Shown: in pieces, positions 26,573 to 37,117 of the stretch
Numbering within the stretch: the stretch's first letter is position 1
Layout of the letters: each line of letters starts with the position of its first letter
DNA from: Vicugna vicugna
Taxonomy: Eukaryota
DNA length: 64,000 nt
Direction: 5' to 3'
NCBI GenBank assembly: GCA_013265495.1
Contig: MU061538.1
Span: 870,001-934,000, forward strand
Made by a program: the position numbers and the translations under genes
The notes under the pieces: generated by a model
Database searches by the model: none
What the model saw: only the letters and a program-made list of their open reading frames with translations
What the model was told of the DNA's origin: nothing

Positions 26573-26793
26573 CCAGGTAATTTTCGCCAACAGTCAGAAC
26601 AAAGTAGAAGAGCCACGGTGTCCCACCGCTTGTCCTCGGACAGCCGCTCTCTCCCGACAGCAGTGCACTCAGAAAGGGCTCGTAAGGGAAAGCAGCCTGC
26701 ACGTCTGCTAGAGCTGGGATGACCAAATGGAAAACCTGTTCTGTGAAAGGCGCTGCCAACACCTCCTTTGTGAAGGCTGTAAAAACTTGCTGC
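26573..26793 (-). CDS. UBE3C: UBE3C exon 8 (221 nt): (R)QQVFTAFTKEVLAAPFTEQVF...PWLFYFVLTVGENYL(G)
   Basis: Overlaps ORF 26436..26762; acceptor ttttctttttcAG, donor TGG|GTATGA. Confidence 0.96.
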
Positions 26794-27195
26794 CTGAAAA
26801 AGAAAACTGGAAGCTTTTAATAAAATCGAAACATGCTGTGCACAAAATCACTGATTAAAATTACCTTTCAAAATATCCTTCCAGATCAAAGTTCAGCGGT
26901 CGACATCAACTAGGTCACCCTGAACCTAATTTTGTGTCTTCCCTATTAAGAAAACTCTGCCACGTTTTTGTATCTTTTGGTAGCTACTAGGAAAGCAAGA
27001 AACAACTAGGTCAACAGAATTATATGCTTGTATTAGGGTGGAGGCCAGACAGAAAAAGGACATTTTTCTTTAAACTGAGTCATACTAACATAGCAAAAGT
27101 TTGACTTTCAAGTCTATATTTAAAATAGTATCTTGTGTAAGTTATTGTTAGATACAGATCTTGGGAAACTATAAAAATCAACACTTTTTCTCTCA

Positions 27196-27285
27196 CTTTT
27201 TTTTTTAAATGGAGAAACTGAGGATTGAACCCACGACCCTGTGCATGCTAAGCATGCACTCTACCACTGAGCTGTACCCTCCCCC
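27196..27285 (-). mobile_element. Short tRNA-Ala-derived SINE (Vic-1-like)
   Basis: Minus strand reads GGGGGAGGGTACAGCTCAGTGGTAGAGTGCATGCTTAGCATGCACAGGGTCGTGGGTTCAATCCTCAG followed by poly(A). Confidence 0.85.
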
Positions 27286-27314
27286 ATAAATCAATAAATT
27301 GATTCCATTCTCAC

Positions 27315-27468
27315 CTTGCACCTTCTGGACAGGAGTTGTAAGTAAAGTGCAATGGTTTTAAAACATTCTCTAGCAAAATTTTTGCTATAGGAACTCGAGA
27401 TAAATCAGAATATTCAATACTGGATGGAAGTTTGCTGTTAATTAACAAATAGAGAGATCTGTAATACC
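27315..27468 (-). CDS. UBE3C: UBE3C exon 7 (154 nt): (G)YYRSLYLLINSKLPSSIEYSDLSRVPIAKILLENVLKPLHFTYNSCPEGA(R)
   Basis: Hand translation; acceptor cttttcttttAG, donor AAG|GTGAGA. Confidence 0.96.
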
Positions 27469-27774
27469 CTAAAAGAAAAGAGAAACGCAGTTAAAACTTG
27501 GTACCTTTTCTTACGAGGAGGGGTAAAAACCGGTTAATTTTTAACTGCTTTTTTATAAATCTCTACAGGTACAAATTCAAGTTCAATCTTCTTCAACTTT
27601 TTATTAAGAAATACGCTGAGTACGAAAGCAGCCTGAGATGATGCAAGCCCACGTGCCAGCGCCCAGCACCACCGCTGATCAATTGCAGCCAACCCCACGC
27701 CTCCGCTCGTCTGGGAGCAAACCCAAGGTATCACTGTCGCAGTGTATCACCAAAGGTAGAAACTTTCTTTCCCT

Positions 27775-27925
27775 TAAAAATACCATTATCGCAGCTAAAA
27801 TGAATTAACAGTAGTTCCTTAACATCACAAACACCTAGTCAGTGTTCAAGTCTCCAGCTGTCTCATGTTACAAAGTTTTATTTAACTAGTTTATGCGAGT
27901 CAGGATCCAAGTGAGGCCCATATAC
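27775..27925. mobile_element. Old L1MC-like 3' fragment
   Basis: ATACCATTATCGCAGCTAAAATGAATTAACAGTAGTTCCTTAACATCAC...TCAGGATCCAAGTGAGGCCCA resembles recalled L1MC4/5. Confidence 0.5.
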
Positions 27926-30026
27926 TGTTATTTTTAAAATTTCTCTCCGAAGCATCCTCCATGTAAATAAGCAGTCGCAGCATGTTGAGCTCAGAGTCCC
28001 ACCGCGGCCGCCATTCTCCTCGCTGACGCTCCAGCTGTCCTGACTGGCCGATGGGGTGAGCCGAGATGGGCTCCCGGGGCCCAGGGGCCACCAGCAGCAC
28101 CTCCACTATTTGATGGGACGAGATGTCCCAGCCTCACCTTCTCGTCTCCCCATCAGGACTCGCATCAGCCTTTCTCCAGGGGTTCTCCCTTTCAAAGGAA
28201 AGGGTCTCTCTGGAGACCACAGCGTGGGCACCAAGAAGCCGAGTGTTTCAGAGGCAACCTTCACAAAGCAGCAACAAGTTCCCAAGCTGCATGGGCTCTC
28301 TAGGCGTGCGGTGGGCATAAACCCTGCTATTCGCCAATGACGCAAGTCACGCAACCTTTTAGAAACACCCGCCCCTTCCTTACACAGCAGATGGAGTCTA
28401 TGTCTCATCACTGCGCACGCACGTTTGATGGCGCACATATAAGACACAGGCATCTGCTCGGCAGTCCTCTCCAGCCCTGCGCCTGAGGTACCGTCGCTCA
28501 ACACTGACCCTCCGTGCTCTATCACTGCACCTGCTTTAAAGGTAGCCACCCCAACTCTAACCTCACACACGCTCATTACTGGTGAAACTCAACAAGAAAG
28601 CTTGAAAAGACAAAAACACATGGAAAAACTGTTCTACCACATCAAGAAAACTTTTTTCAAGTGTCACGGCATCATGTAGTAACACCGACAGAAGTGCACA
28701 CCGAGCAGACTGGCAGCACAGCCAGAGTGTTAAGCACAGGTGCCTGTCGCGCAGCTTCGCACTGAGTCACAGCACGCAGGGCACAGCCGCGGTGCAGACC
28801 GCTAACAAGCAGAGCGCTACGCCTCACAGACTAACGTCAGGAGGCGATTTACTTAAACAGGTGAAAAACGGCTATACCAGAGAAGATGCTGGAAGCAGCA
28901 CTTTCTGCACGGAATTCTGAAACACCTCCTAGTTCCAGATTCATTTAGAGTCGTGTCTGTTCCTCAGTCACCGTCTTTACACTTTTATAAAGAAGGGTGA
29001 ACATTCTCACTGAATGCTTAGCCTTAAATCAATATATAATCATATAACACATCAACTGACATAGTGGACCACTTATAACTACCACTAATTTGTTTTTTAA
29101 AAGATCAAATTCTACAAATTTCTACTTACTTTTAATTACCACAAGCTAAGCAGAGTTTCTTTTTTATAAACCCAAGTCAAACAGTAAGTGTGGGATGTGT
29201 AAGATGTATAGGGTGTATGAATTTAATTCAATTTTTACTTTTAAGTTTTAACCTGAGGATTAAACTAGCTAGATTTAACCTAGATTGGTACATTCCGAGA
29301 AAACAAAACCAAAGTTATTTATGTTTTTATCAGTAACCACTGCCTTCTAGGACTCCCTGTAGCTCCTTTTATGACTAACATACACGTTTAACATCAGTAT
29401 TCCTGGAGTCCAGGAGCCCTGCAGTGTCTGACTTGCTACCTGCGAGAACACTGGGAATCAGATTTTCAAAAATGTTTGTTTTATTTTACACTGTTTAAGT
29501 CATCATAAAAGTGTTAAAAACCACGTGTATTTCAAAGCCTTTCTGTGAGACAGTGTGACCAACGCGTGCTCAGAGGACTCTCAGAGCCAGGTCGTCACAT
29601 GGCACACACGCAGCCCTCTAAGAAGAGTGTCTCCGCGTCAGTCAGAGAACCCAAGTGAGCCAAGCGTCTCGTTCTGCCCTGCGGAGCTGACGGGACCGAC
29701 GACGCAGCCTCTCCCCGCCAGTGGACGGTGTGCACCCGGCACCACCGCCCCCCGCAGGCACACGTCGGCAAGCGCGCCTGGGACAGCTTCTGAGAGCAGA
29801 CGTTCTCCCGCTTCATTGTCAAGCAGCAAGGAAAACCAGGTGGAGAGACGAAGCACGCTTCCCAGTGCTCGGGGGGGTGGGGTGGAGAGGAGGACCGACG
29901 CTAGAACTCAGAGCCCTCCGGGACGCCCCCGACCGAGCACAGGCTTCTGCTCCGAGGGCCCCGTGCAGGGTCCGGCTAGGCGGGCAGCCTGGAGAGGCAG
30001 CCTGGCGTGCGGACACCCCCACTCAC

Positions 30027-30184
30027 CATTCTGAATCATGTAGTGCAAAATCTGTTCAATTACTGACACCACATAGCTAGCATCTTGTAAAACAGGCAAG
30101 TAAGTGTTCTCGGAAGAAAACACCTCAAGCATCCTCATTGGAAGTGCAACATGCAAACTGTCATCATTACAGTTCTGCAGCAAC
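30027..30184 (-). CDS. UBE3C: UBE3C exon 6 (158 nt): (R)LLQNCNDDSLHVALPMRMLEVFSSENTYLPVLQDASYVVSVIEQILHYMIQN(G)
   Basis: Overlaps ORF 29908..30183; acceptor cacttttgcAG, donor ATG|GTGAGT. Confidence 0.97.
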
Positions 30185-30341
30185 CTGCAAAAGTGAAAAA
30201 AAAAAGTATCACATACCAGACGGCAAGCGTCCCCAACACCTTCCTCAAATTCCCGCCTTCACCGCGAGTGTTCGAGCCATTCTGCGCTAAGCCTACAGCG
30301 TGCGGGAGCGCGGAGCACGCCGCACAAGCCGCCGGGCTCAC

Positions 30342-30457
30342 CTGCAGCACAGGCCCAGCAGCCTCTTTATCTGAAACAAGCACGTGAGCCTGTCGGAGCC
30401 GTCCAGCTGCTGGACAAACGCAGAGCTGTACTTAATCAGGTTCTGACACGTCCAGAT
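30342..30457 (-). CDS. UBE3C: UBE3C exon 5 (116 nt): IWTCQNLIKYSSAFVQQLDGSDRLTCLFQIKRLLGLCC(R)
   Basis: Hand translation; acceptor ctgctctttcAG, donor CAG|GTGAGC. Confidence 0.95.
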
Positions 30458-31624
30458 CTGAAAGAGCAGAACAGACAAACCACAACTCTCAGCCCACAAA
30501 ACACTAGCTGCTTACACAGCACGCCAATCCCCTCCACGGGCAAACAGACAATCACAGCAGTCAAATCACGCTAGCAAGGGAACCTTCGAAATCAGGTTTT
30601 AGTTGGTACAGACACGTTTTGGACTCTCCATCTTGAGACAGCACGCCAGCGTTAAGCTACATTACTAAATTTATTACTAGAAGTTCACTTTGGATACTTT
30701 CCTTCCGTAACTCCATGAAATTCTGGTAGAAAAGACAAGCACACAGCCCCATTATTCCCAATAAAAGGCCAGATGTGTAACACGGGAGGTGCTGGACGAG
30801 TCACTGAACTAGATGGGAGGAACCCTTTCACGACGTTTACGTGTATCAAACCATCGCAGTGTACGTGACATTACCTCAGCTTTATCTGTCAAGTACACCT
30901 CAGCACAGCTGGGAGGAGGAAGAGGAGCTGGCCAGAACTGCCCCAGCCCTGGACAGGAGGGCTGGCAGTGCGTCCAGCAAGTGCTGTCAGGAGGCCCATG
31001 GAGTCCAGAGGCCGCTCACAGAAAGGGCTCTGAAGGCGCAGAGCCCAGCAAAGACTCGCCTGTGCTTTCTCTGCTGACTTCTTGTTATCTGCTCACCTCG
31101 TAAGACGCCTTTAGAACCAGTTAAAGTTGAGGCAGCCTCATCAATGGGCCACATAACCTTCTCTTTGCCCATCACCTTTAAGGAGTTTCTCCTCTGACAG
31201 TAACACTTATTTGATAGAAAATGTTATCAAACAAAGCACTAACGTAAGTGTTTTGCGTCATAAATCTGAGCATGTCCTAAGTTAGGTGGAAATAATTCTG
31301 AGACCCACTCCGAGTGTTAACCTGCCTACACCAGCTTTCTCCTGTCGGAGCTGCGTGTCTGCATCTTCCCAGGAACCGCTATGACAGAGTACTTTCTGTA
31401 CCATCTGACCTGTAGTTCATGTTAAAATCTGTACTATCCACTTAACAAGTAAAAACGGGAGGTACAGTATGTTGACATCACAGAACCTAAAGAGCCACTG
31501 CAGGAACGACAAGAATAAGGCTGTAAATACATTAATCAAGGAATGATGTTTCAAGTTGCCTGTGACAAAAAAAAAAACCTCAGAGCATTTTATATGAACA
31601 CCTTCTGAACAGGGGGTTTTAAAA

Positions 31625-31750
31625 TTTTGAATGGAGGTAGAGTTGATGTACAGGTATGTAAATTCAGGTGCACAACACAGTGATTCAGCTTTTACAGGTT
31701 AAACTCCATTTATAGTGATAAAGTACTGGCTATATTCCCTGAGCTGCACA
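31625..31750 (-). mobile_element. L1 3'-end fragment
   Basis: GAGTTGATGTACA...GGTGCACAACACAGTGATTCAG...TATATTCCCTGAGCTGCACA is the reverse complement of the L1 tail seen elsewhere in the window. Confidence 0.65.
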
Positions 31751-33506
31751 GTCTTCTTTTTTGGGTTTTGATACTGGGTTTTTTTTGTAGCTCTGACAAA
31801 TGCACCACAACACCCCCAAAGTTCTAACTACATCAGACAGCTGCTTTGCTTAACTTTCTGTTGCTATTTACTAACACCAGATAAGTAAAGTTTTACAAAC
31901 TTCCCTTCTTCATCATCCCTTCTTAGGAAGTCAACTGGGGAGGTGCATCAGGAAAACAAGGGGGTGGACCAAGAAAGCAGGAAGATGCGGAATCAGGAAG
32001 GAGGATGCGAAACCAAAGCAAAGCAGAGGTCTTCCCAGGGACGGCAGGCGTGGACAGCAGCCGGTCACTGCTGGGGCAGCTGGGGGAGGGCGCACGGAGG
32101 CCCTGACTCTCTGATCATGGGAGATCGTACTGAGAAGCATTTTACTGCTGGAAGGTCGAAGACGACTTTATCAAGAGATCCGAAGGTAGTTAAGTAAACA
32201 AAAGTGATGCAATTATTAGCTCCAGAATGATTCAAGAAAACTGCACACAGAAGAAAACAACCACAGTACACCGTTTCAGCAGAGGGCATATTTATAGTCA
32301 CAACAAAAATAAATAAATCAAGCGAGCGGGGACAGCCATACGTGCTCATGTGTGCACAGAGCACGCCAGGGAAGCGACCACAAGAGGCCGCGCACCTGTG
32401 CTCTACGCAGGGACTGGGGACTTACAGGAGCGGCACAGGGGACTTCCCTCTCACGTGTGATGTATTCACTGCTCCTGCATTTGTTTGCAAACTGAGCACA
32501 CATTCCAGTTCCCTTTCATCTGTGAACCAGGTCTGATGACATCTAACTCTGCGTGGGGTCTTTAGGGCTGGGCAGCGGCCCTCACGTAGCTGTGCTCCGC
32601 AGAGACGGCTCAGTCTGTGAGGTCAGAGCGCGTGAAGACGCGACAGATGGCCCAGCGAGAGGCCTGACAGACCCCGCGCTGCCGCACTTTTCTAGCCCTC
32701 CTCCTCGTCGTCTTCAGACAGCGAGCCTGCAAGGAGCCTACGCTGGGAAATCCCAGGGCGAGCAGCCTAAGCCGCCTCTGCTGCCTCTCTCGACAGCTCC
32801 AGGGCACGGAAAGTCCGCCCCATGTGCCAGCCCGCTCCGTCCAGGAGGAAATGCCGGGTTTTAAAGCCAAACGTGAGCTAAGCAGTGAAGGACCACCACA
32901 CCCTCTGAATTTCTGTCTCACGTGGGGATCTTTCCAGTATGTGTGCTTGTGTGGAAGGCTTACTCTCACGGCACACCTGTCTTCTATCTTCAGATGTCGG
33001 TTACAGGCAAACAAGCATTCCTAAGGATGAACACAGACTTCACCTAATGATCACGCGTGAGTCTCCTAGCACTTCCCGGGAGACCCGGAACGACGGCAAG
33101 CCCCGCCTTTCAGACGGCGGCTCACTGCGTGTCTCCACCGTGAACGCGCACTGCTCCGCGTGGCTGACAACACCAGAGCCCACACACTCTCAGAAGCAAC
33201 ACAGTTACACTCCGGCTGTTGCCAGAGGCCCTGGGCTTTGGAGGCCCCCACCGCAGCGCTCAGAGGGAGCACGCTGTGAGCGTCGGGTGCGCTGCCCAGG
33301 GCTGGAGGCACAGGCGTGGAGGCTTCTGTGCGGAACAGGTGCTGACTGTCCGGACTGGGACATGGGCACACAGCGGCGAGCACAGCACGCTAGCCTGCCT
33401 TTTCTTACATTGGAAATTATCCATAATAAAAAATTGAAAAAACCTACTCAAAAGCTGATTTTTAAAAGGTACAAGAAGGGTTAGTAAAAACGTGGTTAAC
33501 ACTCAC

Positions 33507-33653
33507 CAAACGTTTTGAGTCTTCATTCTGTTTGTAAAAAAACAGAAGCTGCCTCACCAAAAGGGTAAGGTTGGGACCACTGGCAAGGGAAAACGCGCCA
33601 CCGGACTGGGACAGGCTCGCGCAGCGATCAAACGCACTTCTCTGGATGGAACA
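33507..33653 (-). CDS. UBE3C: UBE3C exon 4 (147 nt): CSIQRSAFDRCASLSQSGGAFSLASGPNLTLLVRQLLFFYKQNEDSKRL
   Basis: Overlaps ORF 33462..33686; acceptor tggtttcAG, donor TTG|GTGAGT. Confidence 0.96.
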
Positions 33654-33995
33654 CTGAAACCAAACAACACAGACAGCACCGGGCACGTGATCGCATGGTC
33701 TAGACGGTCACCAAACGTTGTGACTGGTGTGGGGGGACTGACAGTTAATCTCCGTTACCGAGGCGCTGTCATCGGTAAAGGGTTAATGAACCCCAGAAGC
33801 CCGGCATGCAGCCACAGACCCAAGCGCCACGCTGGAGTCTTCCCCACCGCCTGCCACTGTGATCTCCAGTGGTGCTACGGCCTGTGTTCCCATTTTATTA
33901 TTTGAAGCACATACGAGATAAATTCCACTTCCAAGAATCCATATTTAAAATAAGCTTGCACATGCCTGACTCTCTCAGCTTGAAAACAAACTTAC

Positions 33996-34070
33996 TTGCT
34001 GCTTTCTGTCTCTGTAGCCTCGAATAAATGATTGGATAATTACTGCATTTTTCAGTCTTCGCCTTTCTTC
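33996..34070 (-). CDS. UBE3C: UBE3C exon 3 (75 nt): EERRRLKNAVIIQSFIRGYRDRKQQ, encoding the IQ motif
   Basis: Hand translation; IQxxxRGxxxR motif; acceptor tgattcAG, donor CAA|GTAAGT. Confidence 0.96.
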
Positions 34071-34147
34071 CTGAATCATATGGGGACAAAAGAACAATCA
34101 GTCAGAATCAATGACAGTGACAAAGAGCTAGATAAGACTCAAAAAAA

Positions 34148-34625
34148 AGAGGTATATAATTCACATGCCATAAAATTCACTCCTTTAAGAGCACCATTCA
34201 CCGATTTTTAATATATTCAAAACTGTGCAATCACCACCACTATCTAATTTTGGAACATTTTCATCAGCTGTCCCCAGTGAAGCCCCTGTACCCGCTGGCA
34301 GTCCTGCCTCACCCCTGCCATTCCTCCCCCAGGGCCCCACCCCTGGCATCCACCGATCTCTCTCTGCCTGTATGTTCTGGACACCACGCACACACGGGAT
34401 CGTAACGTGTGGCCTTGGTGCCTGACTCGTCTCCCAGGGCGGGATGCTGCACCACGAGTCAGTACTTCCCTCCTTTTTATGACGGCTCACATTCTGTTTG
34501 TCCATTTCTCAGCTGACGGACATTTGGGCTCTGTCCGCTCTGGGCTGCTAGGAATAATGCTGCTGTGGTCATTCACGCACAAGTTGTTTGTGGGGACGTA
34601 GGATGTACCCCTAGGAGTGGAATGA
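34148..34625 (-). mobile_element. Old L1 (L1MB-like) 3' fragment
   Basis: GAGGTATATAATTCACATGCCATAAAATTCACTCCTTTAA...CAGCTGACGGACATTTGGG...TACCCCTAGGAGTGGAATGACTG. Confidence 0.75.
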
Positions 34626-35969
34626 CTGTCGGAGGAAATGCTAGACTATCTTCCACTTTACAATTCTACCAGCACAGTAAGACTTCTTTAAAAAGTTTCT
34701 TTTTAAATATAAAAAGAATAACAGACAACATAAACATCTATTTTTAAAGATGTTTAAAACTTTGTTTTCGAGCAGAAAATTCCAACTTATCTTGACTTGA
34801 GACTATCTGTAAAATTTTCAGTGACCCGGCAAAATCATCCAGTCCTCATCATCACCATAGCCGCCGTGGCTGTCACTGTCTGAGAAGCGCCTACGTGCCC
34901 GCATTCGCACAGAACCTGTTCAGGTGAGTGCTACTCCTGCTTTAAAGACACAGAAACTAAGATTTCCATAAAGATGAAGTGATGCCGAATGATGTACGAG
35001 TCACAAGGTATAACCAGGTGACACTAAACCCTGTCTTATCACAGGACATGTTTCACATCTTCTGTGAATGTCGCCTACCAGGCCTGAGAGGCACACACAC
35101 TCCCAGCACCTTGGGGTCGGAGAACACACCACCCAGTCACGAAAGGGCGCTTTCTGAGCTCGAAATGTGGTTCGGGAACCTACTCATAACTATGATGAGT
35201 CTAAGAGCACTTAATTAAACACTCATGTATCATCCCACGAACTGTCAGAACATTTGTTTTCATTCAGTCAGTTGTTTGCTGAGGAGGAAGTCTTCGGAAC
35301 ACGCCGGCCGTCCGGCAGATGCCTGGGAAACAGGTCGACCCTCCCAAGGACTGAAGGCCAGCTTCAAACCGGCTCACCCCGACAGCAGTTATAGGCGACC
35401 TGTCCCTCTCCCTGTGGCCTGCCAGAGCACATGTGAAGCTCTCCAAAGAGAGGTCACGTTCTAGGGCCTGAAGGTCTCACTTCAGTTTAGAATGTGCAAT
35501 GTCTGGTGTTCAACCAGAAATAACTAGGCCAAAGGCAAGAAATGAAAATCAACAGGACGAACAGAACAAACGCATGGGAGCTCCAAATACTGGAGTTTAA
35601 ACACTATCTTTAAGAAACTACAATTATGTTCAAGAAATTAAAAGATAAGAGAATCAAAGAAAATTCTAGAACTGAAATAAAACCTGAAGTCCAGAACTCA
35701 ATGGGTGCATTTAGCTATCAGACAGTCCAGAGGCCAGAAGCTAGATGAGCAGAAAGCACCCAACCGAAGCACAAACGTCCGAAGGGACACACGTCAGCAG
35801 AGAGCACAGGAGACACACGGGCCATGAGGCAGAGCCTGGACGCCCTCCGCTGCGCGTCCCAGAGGAGGAGGAGAGGCAGCGTGCAGCAGAAGCACTGCCG
35901 GGAGACGGCTGGCGGGGAATCCCCAGAGAGGGTTAGACACACCAGCCAACACACAGCTACCCCACCTGA

Positions 35970-36185
35970 GCAGCGAGTCACTAGTGAGGGCAACTCTCTC
36001 ACCGAGGGACCACCGGGTCGTTTCTGGAGACATTTCTGGTTGAATCAGCTGGGGAGGCGTTGCTGGGGCATCGCACGGGGAGAGGCCACAGATGCTGCTG
36101 AACACCCAGCAACACACAGAACGGTCCCCACAACAAAGCATTGCTCCGTCCAAAACGTCAACCAGGCTGAGGGTGAGAAGCCCTG
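35970..36185 (+). mobile_element. MER20-like hAT-Charlie element
   Basis: TCTGGAGACATTTCTGGTTG...GAGAGGCCACAGATGCTGCTGAACA...CCCCACAACAAAG...GAGGGTGAGAAGCCCTG matches recalled MER20. Confidence 0.78.
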
Positions 36186-37063
36186 CCTGAGAGCTTCCGC
36201 GCCTGCTGTTCCCTTAACCAAGAACGCTCTTCCTCCAGCTTCCCACAGCTCTCCTTTCTCATCCTTCAGGAATTCACTCAACCCTAACCAGCTCAGAGAC
36301 GCCGTCCCCAGACACCCTATCCACAGCGGCCTCCCCAGTTTCAGTCACACTCCTCCCCAGTCACCGCTGCGGCACCCTGACTGACGCCTGTGCTCCACCA
36401 CCCAGCAGAACACTGTCCCACCTGCCACCTGCACGCTCAGCAAGCAGAACGGTGCCTGCAGCGTGACAAACTCTCAGTATTTCTTAGGCGGGACTGAATG
36501 AATTATTAAAAAATGAAACAAAAACCTATGTAGAAACGCAGGCCACAAGACACCAAAATCGCTGATGACTCAACAAGTAAAGCCATTTTAGGAAGTTATC
36601 TCTAGAAAGATGAAACATAAAATAAAGAATAAAACAGCAAATGCCCCTGCTCCTCTCATCTACTTTGCTTCTTCACAGACAGCTCCGACACCTGCCGCGA
36701 CACTGAGTCCTCTCCCTCTGCTTGGTCAAATACAGACACGACATACCAAGGCTTCCCAGAGCTTCTGGAAACCCACCAGGAGCACGCAAGCGACCTGAAG
36801 GCCCGCTTTCTCCCTCTGTTCTGGAAGCTGCCCCTTCAGCCCATCTTTTCCACACTGGTTCCAGGATGGATGACTTACTGCGAAATCCAACAATCCAGAA
36901 ACGTTTCCCAAGTTTAATATGCAAATAAACACATAAATGAATGAATGAATGAGTAACGCGATGCCACATGTAACACACCTGTATCTGTAACAGTAAAACC
37001 AAGACTCATTTAAATGCCACAGAAAAGTGCTCCTTGTGGAGACTATCACAGAACCGCTGTTAC

Positions 37064-37117
37064 CTCTCTCTTTCTTCTCTCTTCCTGAGCACGATGCAGC
37101 AGAGAAGCCTTTTCTTC
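37064..37117 (-). CDS. UBE3C: UBE3C exon 2 (54 nt): EEKASLLHRAQEERRKRE
   Basis: Hand translation; acceptor tctctctgtacAG, donor GAG|GTAACA. Confidence 0.95.
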
